Assembly: GCA_030390025.1 (NCBI GenBank)
Contig: CM059437.1
Coordinates: 54,126,001-54,190,000 of the forward strand
Length of the DNA stretch: 64,000 bases
Reading direction: 5' to 3'
From: Squalus acanthias
Taxonomy: Eukaryota
Below, in pieces: positions 13,201 to 25,135 of the stretch. The notes beneath the pieces were generated by a model. It did no database searches and was not told the DNA's origin. It saw nothing but the letters and a program-made list of their open reading frames with translations. Position numbers and translations under genes: made by a program. Position 1 is the first letter of the stretch, and the number at the start of each line of letters is the position of its first letter.

Positions 13201-14092
13201 CACGCACTTGCTGACCATCGTTGACCGCACCACACGCTGGCCTGAGGCAATTCCACTGACCTCTACCACCACCGCCGACATCGCCAGAGCCTTCGTCAGC
13301 ACCTGGGTCGCTCAGTTCGGCGTTTCCTCTGACATGACGTCGGACAGAGGTCCACAATTTACCTCTGAACTCTGGACCGCCGTCGCACACAATCTCGGGG
13401 TGACCATTCACCGCACCACAGCGTGCCACCCCCAAGCCAACGGACTGTGTGAGCGGTTCCACAGATCCTTGAAGGCATCTCTTCGAGCCAGCCTCCAAGA
13501 CGGCGCCTTGACCGACCGACTTCCGTGGGTCCTCCTCGGCCTGCGCACCGCGGTTAAAGAAGACCTCCATGCATCGGCAGCAGAGCTCGTGTACGGTCAG
13601 CCACTGCGCGTACCCGGCGACTTCCTGCCCACCGCCACGACACCCTGGTCAGCCGACCAGCAACGCCATGACTTCGCCTCACTGGCGCTGCAGTTCGCCC
13701 CAGTGCCCTTTGCCCGACACGGCGAATCCACTTCACACGTCCCACTAATCCTGCACCAGGGACGGTTTGTTTTTGTCCAGCACGACGCCCACCACGGACC
13801 CCTTCAACCCCCGTACGATGGGCCCTACAAGGTGCTACAGGCTGGGGACAAATTTTTCACCCTGCAAGTGCGAGACAGGACCGAAAAAGTGTCGGTGGAC
13901 CGGCTCAAGCCAGCACACTCGGAGCCCGGGGAGCAGGTCCCTGTAGCTCGTCCACCTCCACGCGGCCGACCTGCCCTCAAGCCAGTTCACCCGGCTGCTC
14001 CACGCCTGGCCGTTCCACGTCCACCGGCGTCCTACAAGAGCTGCTCCGGCCGGCCCATCAGACCGCCGCACCGTCTCGTCCACACCTCCTAA
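10280..14092 (+). pseudogene. gag-pol: Gypsy gag-pol (gag-PR-RT-RH-IN) with a single premature stop at 11783-11785
   Basis: ORFs 10280-11785 and 11858-14092 are in the same frame. Motifs: KLPEFW, CYYHARFG..A..C.PPC, DTG protease, YLDD, HHCC and DDE integrase, GPY. Confidence 0.93.
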
Positions 14093-14112
14093 GCGGATTC
14101 TGTGGGGAGCTG

Positions 14113-14374
14113 TGTGGCGGATCGCCACCTAAAACGGGCATAATCCACTCTTCCGTCTGTGGACAAATTTCCAGCACCTTCCCCTTTAAGGCACATTACC
14201 TTTCAGGCAGAAGGGGGCGGGGCCTCAGGTTTTACCCAGAGAATTCTGGGAGTTTTTCCAGAGAATTCTGGGAGCAGCTCTCTCAGCCTTTTTGTGTGCC
14301 ATACAGTGAATAAAAGTTTCTTGTTTTCCACATATGGATTCAGCCTCCATTCGTGTTTCGCGGCAGCCTCAACA
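14113..14374 (+). repeat. Gypsy 3' LTR
   Basis: Direct repeat of 9978-10239; preceded by the G-rich tract TGTGGGGAGCTG. Confidence 0.95.
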
Positions 14375-14470
14375 CCTCACTATTTAGTCACATTTAGAAG
14401 GTTGCTGTGAATTGCTTTAGGGGTAACGGACAGGAAAGAATAAGAGCACCTGAGGTAATGGAAGAGTTAT

Positions 14471-14476
14471 TTTATT
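14471..14476 (-). terminator. IgL cluster 1 polyadenylation signal
   Basis: AATAAA ~215 nt downstream of the C stop; conserved at 37863-37868 and 62575-62580. Confidence 0.75.
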
Positions 14477-14689
14477 ACACTGTGGTATTTGTACCGTTAC
14501 ACTGAAACTTTGATCAGCTCAGGATGAGCACACTGTAAAATACAGACAGCGGGATGCAGTGGACAAACTGCACATCTGTTGTGATTGGACATGTTCCACT
14601 TAAAATCAAACATGTAATAGCTGATTACGGAATTTAATTTAAAGAACCTTTACTAATGGTATAATTGATCAATACATAAGATTCTTGAA

Positions 14690-15012
14690 TCAGATACAGC
14701 TGGATCTGTCGATACGTGTTTGAAGCGGGTTTGCCTGAGTCTCGTGTTTAACCACACAGGAGTAAAGCTCGTGTGAGTTCCACTCTGAGGCTGGCAGAGT
14801 CAGATAACTGCTCACACTAAACGTGTTGTCCGTCTCCTGCTGGATCCGACTGGTCTCAACATCATTGCCTCTCACACTGCCATCGACAGTCCACTCAATC
14901 TCCACAGCGCCTGGGTTAAAGCCGTTCACCAAACACACCAGGGTCGCTGTGTTCTTTGCTGCGATTTGATCCGCTGAAGGATGAAGGACAGAGACCGAGG
15001 GGGCCCGCGGAT
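14690..15012 (-). CDS. IGLC: Ig light chain constant exon, cluster 1
   Basis: Acceptor ttttcag; 323 nt, phase 1; PRAPSVSVLHPS...ATLVCLVNGFNP...W...TFSVSSYLTL...W..HELYSCVVKH...SSCI*; C1-set Ig domain with penultimate Cys. Confidence 0.96.
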
Positions 15013-15308
15013 CTGAAAAGCAGAAACAAATGAAGATCCCTTCTTAATTGACATAAATGTCGCAATCAATGTTTTACTTTCTTCAAATATTTTTAAATTC
15101 GGCGTCACTCTACAAAGCCAGGAGGAATTTCGTACAATGGAACCTCGTTAGTGTCAATTGTACAACGACTGGTGCCCACAGTTGTAGAAAATATAGGACC
15201 TGAGAAGATGTTCCTACTTTTCCTAGAAGGAAAGGACCAGATACAAATTATTAAAAGTAAGTTTAATCTGAAGGAAATAATCGGGTCAGAAAATAATAAA
15301 AACATAAA

Positions 15309-15390
15309 ACAGAAAATGGTGGAAATACTCAATCGGTCAGGCAGCATCTGCGAAGAGAGAAACAGAGTTAACGTTTCAGGTCGATGACCA
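15309..15390 (-). mobile_element. Penelope pLTR fragment in the J-C intron of cluster 1 only
   Basis: Matches the 34342-34430 arm (GAGAGAAACAGAGTTAACGTTTC); absent from paralogous introns near 38700 and 63420. Confidence 0.7.
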
Positions 15391-15928
15391 TTCAAATATA
15401 CAGGTCTCACGCAATCTGTCACAGACAGTGTCCCAGGAGCTGAGGATTTAAAAGAAACCTAAAAAGCAATGAATCAGAATTCGGGATAAATATTGGAACC
15501 ATTGCTGACAGCAAAGCTTCTGTAATATTTCACTCAAAACACTCGATTCAAATCAATTTACTGTTAATCTCGATTGTTTGCTTCTGTCTTCAATTTCGCT
15601 CTTCTTTTGACGGAAGTGGTAAATATTGGGCTAATGTTTGGATTTCTTTACAATCACTGCCACGGCCGCTCTGCTCGGCTCCGCGTTTCCACAAGGGTTC
15701 CCGCCCCGTCCGACGGTGACTGTATTGTGTAAAACTTCAGAAGACTGTTCTATCACACACGAAATACGCTGTGTGTAGACATCTCTGAGGTCAGAGTGTC
15801 ACAAATGTTACGTTTTCACTAATGAAAAAGAGTTTCCAACAAAGAACGTCGGTTATTGTAACAATTGTATCTATATTGTATAATTATATCCCAACAATAA
15901 CCTCAATATGCAAGTAATTAACCCAAAA

Positions 15929-16155
15929 ATATCCTGGGCAATATTTCTCTCTCAACCAACATCGCTAAAACAGATTAACAGATCAGGATCACATTGCTGT
16001 TTGTGGGACTTTGCTGTGCGTAAATAGGCTGCCGTGTTTTTACATTACCAGGGTGACTTAACTTCAAAAGTACTTAATTGGTTGTGAAGCGCGTTGAGAT
16101 GTCCTGAGGCCGTGGTAGGCGCTATTCAAATGTAAGTTCGTGCATTCTTTTCTTT
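15929..16155 (+). mobile_element. DeuSINE/SacSINE-like SINE remnant in the J-C intron (paralogs ~39267-39480 and 63950-64000)
   Basis: Deu-domain-like ACATTGCTGTTTGTGGGAC.TTGCTGTGCG and 3' tail GGCGCTAT...AATG.AAGT. Confidence 0.6.
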
Positions 16156-18191
16156 CTTATTATTAAATAGAAATATTCCTATGATAGTAACAATGAAATA
16201 TAAACCCAGTGTAAGAATGTTGAAGCCGGACTGTCACAATCTCCTGTCTCTTTAAATGACGGTTCGCAACGACCATATGCTATAAGCATCAGTTGCCAAT
16301 ATCCAACACTCGGCAAAATGATTTATGCAATGTAAAACACCGAAGTATTTTTTTTATATAGAGCCTGGGCCGCTACAATTGGTTCTGGCATTAAGGTGTC
16401 GTGTCAGCTACATGTGTGCGTCTCACCAATAACAGGTTTGTCCGGGTCGGTTTAACAGGCTATTGCCATTCTGAAAAGTTCGCCCTGGAGCCTGCAACTT
16501 CGCCTTGCTTTCTTTACATTATCATTTGGAGGCTAAAAGTGCGAGAAGTCATGAAAATTGATTTAATCACAGTTGGTTTAATCTCACTGAAGCACCCGGA
16601 GTTCAGATGAACATTCTGATACTGAAATATCTGGAGTCCCGTGGGATTATTGAACAGGTTTTACTATATTGTCTAAACACAAGAGTTGTACAGTGAACTT
16701 TCTTTACACTGGCATTTGTGCCATAGAAGTATTCTTAAAGAAACTTCTGATAATACTATAGAGCATTTTTCTGTTTTATATCTCATGTTAGCCTATTTCA
16801 CCATGATGTACCCGAATCACCAAGTTAAAATAGAGAGAGACTATCCGCATTCTCTGCAATATTACTCCTCTCACTGACACTGACCACAGAACCAGCTGCA
16901 AAGCGCACTTGAGTGAGTAGAAAAGCAGGTGCAAAAATCGGAAAATCTATTCCGAGACATTCGCACACAATTGATCGGATGGGAAGATAATGAGCCCGTG
17001 ACTTGTTAAGAAAATAGACATCCTGTCAATCATTGAGGTTTGTTACTGTGTTGTGGAGAAAATCGATCAGTGTTGATGATTATCACTCGCTGAATTTAGC
17101 GCAACAGTCTGATTAGTGTAGTCTTCGGGGATTAATGCGAAATGTAGGACGGAAGATCTTGTACTGAACGGTTTTCACTGAGTTTGGGGACTAAGGGGAG
17201 TGAGTTACAGCAAGTCGCCACACTATCATTCCGCAATCTCAGTCCAAGAATGGTGATTAAATCTCGACAGCGCTTTAAGTGGAATGAAAACGGTATTGTC
17301 TGAAAGTTTCGAATTTGTGTTTTTTACCTTTTTGATCGGAGCTATCAGGGCCGGGTGTAAGCCAATCTGAAAGACTATGTCGGATTCATGGAATCATAGA
17401 ATTACAGAGCACAGAAAAAGGCCGAACTCGCACTTCGAAAGGCATGCCCACTTAGTCCATTTCCCATATATTTGTTTTTCATTTTTCAAATGTTTATCCA
17501 CTTCCCATTTAAGCGCCACTATGGTTCTGCTCGTCCCACTCTGACAGGGAGGCCACTGCAGTCCTACCAGTCCCTTGGGCAAAGAAAATATCCTAACCTG
17601 TCCCTTGGTTCTTCTGGCAATTACGTTCAATTTATGTCCTCAGGTTATTACCGACCGAATTGTGGAAATACTATTTATCTATTTTGCCGTAACAGAATAG
17701 TTCATAATTCTGAACATTTCCAGCAGATCACAGCGTAAGCTTGTACGTATTCTCTAGTAACTAAAACCTCGCAGTACTGGTATTAACTTAATTAATTACC
17801 CCTGCACCCTCTCTAAGGCTTGAACACTCTCCGTAAATTCGGGCGTCCTTTGTGCCTGGATATCTCTTAAATATCACTTGACGCTGATTCACAAGCTCCG
17901 TATGCAAATATTTTAAGAGCAATAATCTTGATTTACACAATTCAATTTACCAAGCCAATGATTTTAAAGTATTTTTTGGTATTTCGTCGGTGATGTTGCT
18001 AATGTTAGAGGACAATTTGATGATCGCTTTCGATACCGAATATGAAACAAATAATTGGCTCTGTAATCACCAAGACAGACTCGGACACTGATATTTTTAG
18101 ATCCAGTGAATTTCGACAACACAAAATCAACACAAATCGAAAACTGGTTGTTGGCAAATCCCAAATTGCACACTGCGAATAATTTACTTAC

Positions 18192-18533
18192 TGCTCAGAA
18201 TCAGCTTGGTTCCCCTCCCGAAAGTGAGACTACTATCGCCCCACACACCACAGTAGTAATCCGCGGCGTCTTCGGACAGCACGTTAGTGATGGTTAAATG
18301 CATCTTGTTACTTGATAAGTCCACAGACCCGGCGAATCGATCTGGAATCCCCGAAGCAGTATCCTCGTACTCGTCCCAAACAAGCACAGGGGCACTGCCG
18401 GGTTTCTGCCAGTACCAGCTCGTGCTGTAGCTGCCGATGCTACCTTCGGGTATGGTACAGGTGATCCTGACTGTTTTCCCCGGGGTGGTTGAGATCAACG
18501 TTGGCTGAGTCACGACAAGATCCGCGTTTGTGC
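18192..18533 (-). CDS. IGLV: Germline-joined V-J exon, Ig lambda-like (shark type II) light chain, cluster 1
   Basis: Acceptor caccag and donor GTAAGT; 342 nt in frame; DLVVTQP...C...WYWQKPG...GIPDRF...DYYC-GVWGDSSLT-FGRGTKL; no RSS or intervening DNA between V and J. Confidence 0.96.
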
Positions 18534-18674
18534 CTGGTGAAATAACAAGTTATCAATCAGTTACACTCTGTGCAATTGTGAATATTGTTTGTAATTCCGG
18601 CCCGTTACACTTAAGCACAATAAAATTTGGTCAATGTAAAAGTAGCGATACTGAAGGTTAAGTCCTGTACTTAC

Positions 18675-18723
18675 TGTGGAGACAGAGCATCAGTGCGGCG
18701 AGAACACGAACACATTCAGTCAT
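18675..18723 (-). CDS. IGLV: IgL cluster 1 leader exon
   Basis: ACCATG; MTECVRVLAALMLCLH plus a phase-1 donor GTAAGT; 49 nt; splices in frame to VJ. Confidence 0.92.
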
Positions 18724-18799
18724 GGTGAAGGTTCTGGTGAAGGTCAGAAGCAAAATATTTCCTGACACGAATGTGATTCTAGGTTCTTTCTAACCCTCT

Positions 18800-18912
18800 C
18801 CTTAATACGGTTCAAACATCGCAACGTCATTGAATATTAATTTTGCATGCAAATCTCCATCCACATGAAATCTGGCTATAGGATCCCGTCCTGCGATAAC
18901 TGACATTTGCAT
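18800..18912 (-). promoter_or_regulatory. IgL cluster 1 promoter: two octamers, E-box, CRE half-site, TATA-like element
   Basis: On the coding strand, ATTTGCAT at 18847-18854 and ATGCAAAT at 18905-18912; CATGTG at 18862-18867; TGACG near 18825; conserved in cluster 2. Confidence 0.85.
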
Positions 18913-19165
18913 AAATTTAGATAAAAGAGAAGCAGAGTGAAAGAGTTAGAATACAACACGACAGTGGTTGAATACAGCATAATAAATGTGCGGTGAAGTG
19001 ATTAGGTGACCCCAGCGTTAGGTTTAAAAGCATGAAGATTATAATAGAGGGGAAGCTGCGGGCGGTAAGCGGTTTAACAGCCATGGGGTCCTCGGGAAGC
19101 ATGAATTGGATAAGCAGAGTGTGAGTTGAGATTTGATTTGTAAGAAACGAGGTGGTTGAGCACTG

Positions 19166-19314
19166 NNNNNNNNNNNNNNNNNNNNNNNNNNNNNNNNNNN
19201 NNNNNNNNNNNNNNNNNNNNNNNNNNNNNNNNNNNNNNNNNNNNNNNNNNNNNNNNNNNNNNNNNNNNNNNNNNNNNNNNNNNNNNNNNNNNNNNNNNNN
19301 NNNNNNNNNNNNNN
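19166..19314. other. Assembly gap (149 N)
   Basis: Run of N. Confidence 1.
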
Positions 19315-19789
19315 AGATGGATGGATATTGGAGGTGAGTCAAGGATGGACAAACACATAGGAACGTTTTCTTCTATCCTGTCCTGGAAAGTGATTGATGT
19401 ACCAAAAGTTCGCTGGGAGCATCATTCAAGTCTTTGGATGGACGAAGGTTGAATGAGTCAAATGTAACAGTTGTTTATTAGACTTGTGATTAATATGGAA
19501 AACCGCAAGCTGAAATCCCGCTGTGCCATGTTATTGTAGGAAACGTTGTATGAAATTCCATTGCACCCTATTTTAAAAATAGCAAACATAAAGAAATTAC
19601 ATACAAATACTTTAAATGCTGATAACTGATAACTTACCACACGACTTCACTCCAGGTGTCTTTGAAGAATTGAAAGAAGTAATATTTTCATTGTCCAACT
19701 GAAGAACACAGAAGAGAGCAAGAAGTAACAATTCAATCACTGCACTGTGAGGACTGACGGTCGTGGGTGCAGAGAGCGTCCCATAAGTA

Positions 19790-22580
19790 CATAGAATCAT
19801 AGAATGATACAGCACAGAAGGAGGCCTTTCAGCCCATTCGCGCCTATGTCTGCTCCGTTATGGAGCTATTCAATTAGACCCACTGCCCTGCTCTTTCCCC
19901 ATAGCCATACATATTTCCCACCTTCAAGTGTTTATCCAATTCCCTTTTGAAAGTTATTATTAAATCTTCTTCCATCACCCTTTCAGACCGTGCATTCCAG
20001 ATCATAACAACTGGCTGCTTTAATTTTTTTCCTCATGTCGCCGCTGGTTCTTTTGCCAAATTACCTTAAATCTGTGTCCTCTGATTACCGACCCTTCTGC
20101 CACTGGAAACATTTTCTCCTTATTTACTGTATCAAACTCCTTCAAGGACACATCTTGCAAATCTCGCAGTAACCTTCTCTACGCTAAGGAAAACAGAATC
20201 AGATTCTCTAGTCTCTCCTTGTAACTGAAGTCTTTCCGCTGTGGTGCCATTCTAGTATATCTCCTCTGCACCCTCTCTAAGGCCTTGACATCAACGTTAA
20301 TGAGTACTGTCCAGAATTGAACACAGTATTCCAGCTCGGGCCCAACCAGTGTTTTATAAATGTTGAGCATAACTTCCTTGCATTTGAACTCGATACCTCT
20401 ATTTATTAAGCCACTGCCTTTATCAACCGACTCCATTACTTCACCAAAGAACTCAATCGAGTTAGTCAAACAGGATATGCCTTTAACAAATCCGTGCTGG
20501 CTATCAGGATCCCGTATGCCTTTTGAACAGTCTTCTCGTTTTGTCCTGGCAGCTACTAAGACTTTTATACGTACACCCCAGGTCTCTATGTTCCTGCACC
20601 CCTTTAAAATGTATAATTTTGTTTATATTGCCTCTCCTCGTTCTTTCTACCGAAATCAATTCTCACATTACTGCGTTAAATTTCATTTGCCATGTTTCTG
20701 TCCATTTCACCAGTCTGTCTATGTCCTCCTGGAGTCTGTTACTATCCTTCTCACTGTTTACTACTTTTCCAGGTTTAGTATCACCTGCAAACGTTGAAAT
20801 GATGCCCTGTATACCCAATCCAAGGTCCTTAATATATATCAAAAAGAGCAGTGGTCCCAACTGTGATTCCCCGCGGGGACACCACTGTGCACTTCTACCC
20901 GGTCTGAAAACAACTGCTCACCACTACTCTCTGCTTTCTGTCCCTTAGCCAATTATGTATCCATGCAGCCACTACCCCTTTATTCCAACAGGCATCAATT
21001 TCGCTAACAAATCTATTTTGTGGTACTGTTTCAAAGGACTTTTGAAAGTCCAGCTAGACAACATCAACCACACTACCCTCATCAACCCTCTCGGTTGCTG
21101 CATTAAAGAACTCAATCAAGTTAGTTAAACACGATTTACATTTAACAAAGGAAGATGGTTGTGATTGATGGAGGTCAATCATCTCAGCCCCAGGACATCG
21201 CTGCAGGAGTTCCTCGGAGGTATGCCCAAGGCCCAACCATCTTTAGCTGTTCCATCAATGATCCTCCCTCCATCAGAAGGTCAGAAGTGAGGATGTTCGC
21301 TGATGATTGCACAGTGTTCACAACTCCTCAGATAATGAAGCAGTCTATGCCCGCATGCAACAAGACCTGGACGACGTTCAGGCTTGGGCTGATAATTGGC
21401 AGGTGACATTTGCGTCACAGAAGTGCCAGGCAATGACTATCCCCAATAAGCGAGAGTCTAACAAATTGCCCCTTGAAAGTCAGGGGCATTAGCATCGCCA
21501 AATCCCCTACCATCACCACCCTGGGGGGTTACCATTGACCAGAAACCTAACTGGACCACCCACATAAATACAGTGACAACAAGAGCGGGTCAGAGGCTTG
21601 GTATTCTGCGGCGAGTGACTCACCTCCTGACTCCCCAAATCCTTGCCACCATCTACAAGGCACAAGTCAGGAGTGTGATGGTATACTCTCCACTTACCTG
21701 GACGAGTGCTGCTCCAACAGCACTCAAGAAGCTTGACGCCATCCAGGACAAAACAGCCCGTTTGATAGGCACCCCATTCACCATGTTAGACATTCACTCC
21801 CTCCATCACTGCCGCCAAGTGGCTGCAGTGCGTACCATCTACAAGATGTACTGCAGCAACTCATCAAGGCTTCTTCGACAGCACCCCCCAAATCCAAAAC
21901 CTCTAGCTCCTAGAAGGACAAGGTCAGCAGATGCATGGGAACACCATCATCTGCAAGTTCCCCTCCAAGTTACACACCATCCTGACTTGGAAATATATTG
22001 TTGTTCCTTCATCGTCGCTGGGTCAAAATCCTGGAACTGCCTCCCTAACAGCAATGTGGGAATACCTTCACGAAAAGGACTGCAGTGGTCCAAGAACGTG
22101 GCTCACCACCACCTTCGCAATGGCAATTAGAGTTGGGCAATAAATGTTGGCCATCGATGCCCACATCCCAAGAACGAATAAAAAAATTCGTGCTGGCTTA
22201 TATTTATTAATTTATATTGTTCCAAGTGCCTATTAATTTTGTTGTTGATTGCTGTCTCTAAAGGTTTCCCCACCACTGGCATTAGGCTGACTAGCCTGTA
22301 GTTGCCAGGTTTATCCGTCTTCAACAGGGGTGTAATATTTGCAATCCTCCAGTCCTCTGGCGCCACTCCCATATCTAAGGAGGCCAGGGAATTTGGCTAA
22401 GAGCCTCTGCAATTTCCACCCTTGCTTCCCTCAGCAACTAAGGATGCATCCCATCTGGACTGGGTCACTTTTCCAGTTTGAGCGAGACCAACCTTTTAAG
22501 TGCCTCCACTTTATCTATTTTATCCTATCCATTTTCTCCACTATCTCCTCCTTTTCTGTGGCATTGGCAGCATCCTCTTC
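19790..22580 (-). mobile_element. Rearranged CR1 LINE fragments (paralog ~44230-46760)
   Basis: TLVGPELEYCVQFW, GPLLFLIYIKDL, PGNYRLVSL; ATTCTATG-type 3' tail. Confidence 0.8.
21150..22186 (+). mobile_element. 5'-truncated CR1/L2-group LINE nested in the CR1
   Basis: MFADDCTV, ATIYKAQVRSVM.YSPL.W; ends in an A-rich tail; absent from the paralog at ~46340. Confidence 0.8.
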
Positions 22581-23358
22581 TTTAGTGAATATCAGAGTGA
22601 AGGAGGACGTAACAAAATTTCTCCTGGCACTACTTGGTACTCTGCTGCTCTTTGTACACATATGCCTAAATCATTCTTATTTTCTGGAATTCTATACCCT
22701 CAGCACTGAAGTGGAGCGAATCATTAAAAGTACCAAGTTGATTGAAAATACCTGATCAGAATATTCTGCAAAATGGCAAATAGTTTTATATGTTTCTTGT
22801 TTGAAACACACATTTAGCATAACATTTCCTGGTGATGATTTACCCACTGTTAGCTGATGGATAAAATATTAGCACGCACTCGTGGAGTGGACAGTGCAAG
22901 GCCGTGTTTAATATAATAGGTTGACAGCTTGGTATGTTTAAAGGGTATTATGTTATGGTTAATATAGAGCGCTACGGTAAAGGGGCAATTGTAGACATCC
23001 AAGTGTTATATTGGGCATGATGTGGCAGAAGGCTTAGAGCCTCCGATGTGAAATAATGAAAAAAAAGCTTAATATAGAAGTTAGTGCTAATATCTTTCTA
23101 TTATGGATTCATTCTGTATGATGCAGTTTAACACGTGGTTTAGAGGAGGCTGTTAGGATTTTGCAGGCCAATCCTAAGCAACAGGAAGTGTTCGTTGAAG
23201 ACAATTTGGGAAGCCTCAAAGGGTTTATGTAAATAATTATGGGTAATTTGGAGACAAATGTGTAGTTTAAGTTGTTAATATTTTGATAAGAATGTGATAC
23301 ATTTAACCACAGAATGTTCTAATTGTTACTTATAAGGAAGGAAGGGCTAAAAATTGAG

Positions 23359-25120
23359 GGACTTTATGCCACCCGTTATCGTCAAAATATCGTGAAAAGA
23401 GGGTGGCCGCCGCTCTTCCACCAGCTGATGGCAGGTCCCATGGCATCCAACATTTTCTTCCGCCCGGCAGCGCTGCCGGTATGATGCGTCACCCTGCAAA
23501 GTAAAATGAGGGAGTTGTGACGTCAGTCGACATGCAACGCTGACTTAACGTCACCACGGCGAAGTTGGATCTCTGTGCTGGGTCCTGAGCTCGCACGTAA
23601 AACCAGCGTGCAAGCAGACACCTCTTAAAGGGCACACACATTTATCAGGTAAGTTTATATTTAAGCTTTTGGATTGGGAATTTTTGATTTTACTGCAGTA
23701 GTGGCTTGCTGGAATAGATGTTAAAACATTTTTAACTGTGTAGGGAGTGCTGCTGGATGCTTGCAAGGCCTCGGATGGTAACTGAAGGCCTCTGAAAAGA
23801 CAGAAAAAAGCTGCAAATACTCAGCAGGTCAGGCAACATCCGTGTAGAAAAAAGCAGAGTTCACGTCTCAGGTCAAGAAGCTGCCTGACCTGCTGAGTAT
23901 TTTTAGAATGTTATGCTGTCATTTCAGATTTACAGCATCTGCTTGCTGAGAAAAGAGGAAGACGCAGAAGAGGAAGAAACAAAAGAGGAAGAAGCTGTAG
24001 AGGAGGAAACAGCAGAGGAGGAAGCAGAAGAGGTGGAAGCAGAAGGAAGGATGCAACCCAGGCAGCCCCTTTCTGGCCATGCTATCCGGGATGGAATCAT
24101 TCGCCTGCAGTACCAGTGACCACAACCCCAATTTCCCTCTCAACATTAGCTCCACACCTTACCTTCCTTCTGTTACTGACTATCAAAGTGACATCTTGGC
24201 TACAATGCTGATATAAAAGCCACCACAAAGCTAACTTTCCAATTCAACTTTATACATCTATCCATCCAATATGACATCAAGAAATCAACTCATCACCCTT
24301 ATGCATTCTCTTAGTGACTGTCTCGTGTGTGCCTTTAACTATCCTACTGATCTCACGAAGTGCTACCCCAGTGGCTGTGGCAGGGCTGGTGGAAGACCCT
24401 GACTTTTGTGGGGGACACTGCAATTGGCCTTGATGTTCGAAGTTTAGGAGTTGGTGGCTGGGAGTNNNNNNNNNNNNNNNNNNNNNNNNNNNNNNNNNNN
24501 NNNNNNNNNNNNNNNNNNNNNNNNNNNNNNNNNNNNNNNNNNNNNNNNNNNNNNNNNNNNNNNNNNNNNNNNNNNNNNNNNNNNNNNNNNNNNNNNNNNN
24601 NNNNNNNNNNNNNNNNNNNNNNNNNNNNNNNCTTCTTGGCCAACCACTGGCTGGGCAAGCTGCATTTCTTGGGTATCTGAAATGAGGAAGGTACAAGGGT
24701 GGAGTTGTGGTGGGGGGACAGTGGGAAAAACAGAGGTGTATGCCAGAAGGAGGATAACGTATGATGATATCAGCGACTTGTATCCTTTCTGTCACACCAC
24801 TGGCCAACTGCTCAGCCATGCCCATGTCAAGAGTGGCGAGCACTGTCTCCTCCAAGGGGGTGAGGGGAAGCTAGGAATGGGAGGTATGCCTCGTGTTTGG
24901 TACAGATTTTTGGTCGGTGAGTGATTGTGGGGCAGGCGAGTCGTGCATTGAGAAGTATGTGAGGCTGTTAGTAGGAGATGGCTTTGAAGGTGCATTCACT
25001 GACCTTGACCACTGCTGTTAGGTCATGACGCTTCTTTGGTCGCTGTAGCCATGTTATGGGGGGCGAAACTGCTGGCAGTGACGGCCTTAGTGTTCTGGTC
25101 CCAAATCGTTCTTTCCCCCT
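23359..25120. mobile_element. Decayed PIF/Harbinger-derived element (acidic transposase tail, Myb/SANT remnants) with a Penelope pLTR fragment at ~23800-23905
   Basis: Glu-rich tract; similarity to 50450-51130; minus-strand W.Q..KK..DL remnant near 25000-25060. Confidence 0.55.
24466..24631. other. Assembly gap (166 N)
   Basis: Run of N. Confidence 1.
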
Positions 25121-25135
25121 AGCCCCTGTGGGTAG

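Larger units (their letters stand above)
9978..14374 (+). mobile_element. Full-length Ty3/Gypsy LTR retrotransposon, CsRN1-clade-like
   Basis: 262-bp TG...CA LTRs (9978-10239, 14113-14374; 7 differences counted by eye); 4-bp TSD CCTC (9974-9977, 14375-14378); tRNA-Trp PBS; CHCC gag knuckle. Confidence 0.95.

Noticed and set aside
10392-13570. Long overlapping and antisense ORFs inside the Gypsy
   Set aside because: Expected by-product of a GC-rich, stop-poor coding region; no motifs
18249-18255. Cryptic RSS heptamer TACTGTG at the end of FR3 (also 41438-41444), suggesting V replacement
   Set aside because: Largely forced by the Tyr-Cys-Gly codons, and at the cluster 1 site (the one checked) there is no nonamer at 12 or 23 bp
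18917-19452. ORFs spanning N runs (also 24277-24924)
   Set aside because: Artefacts of assembly gaps
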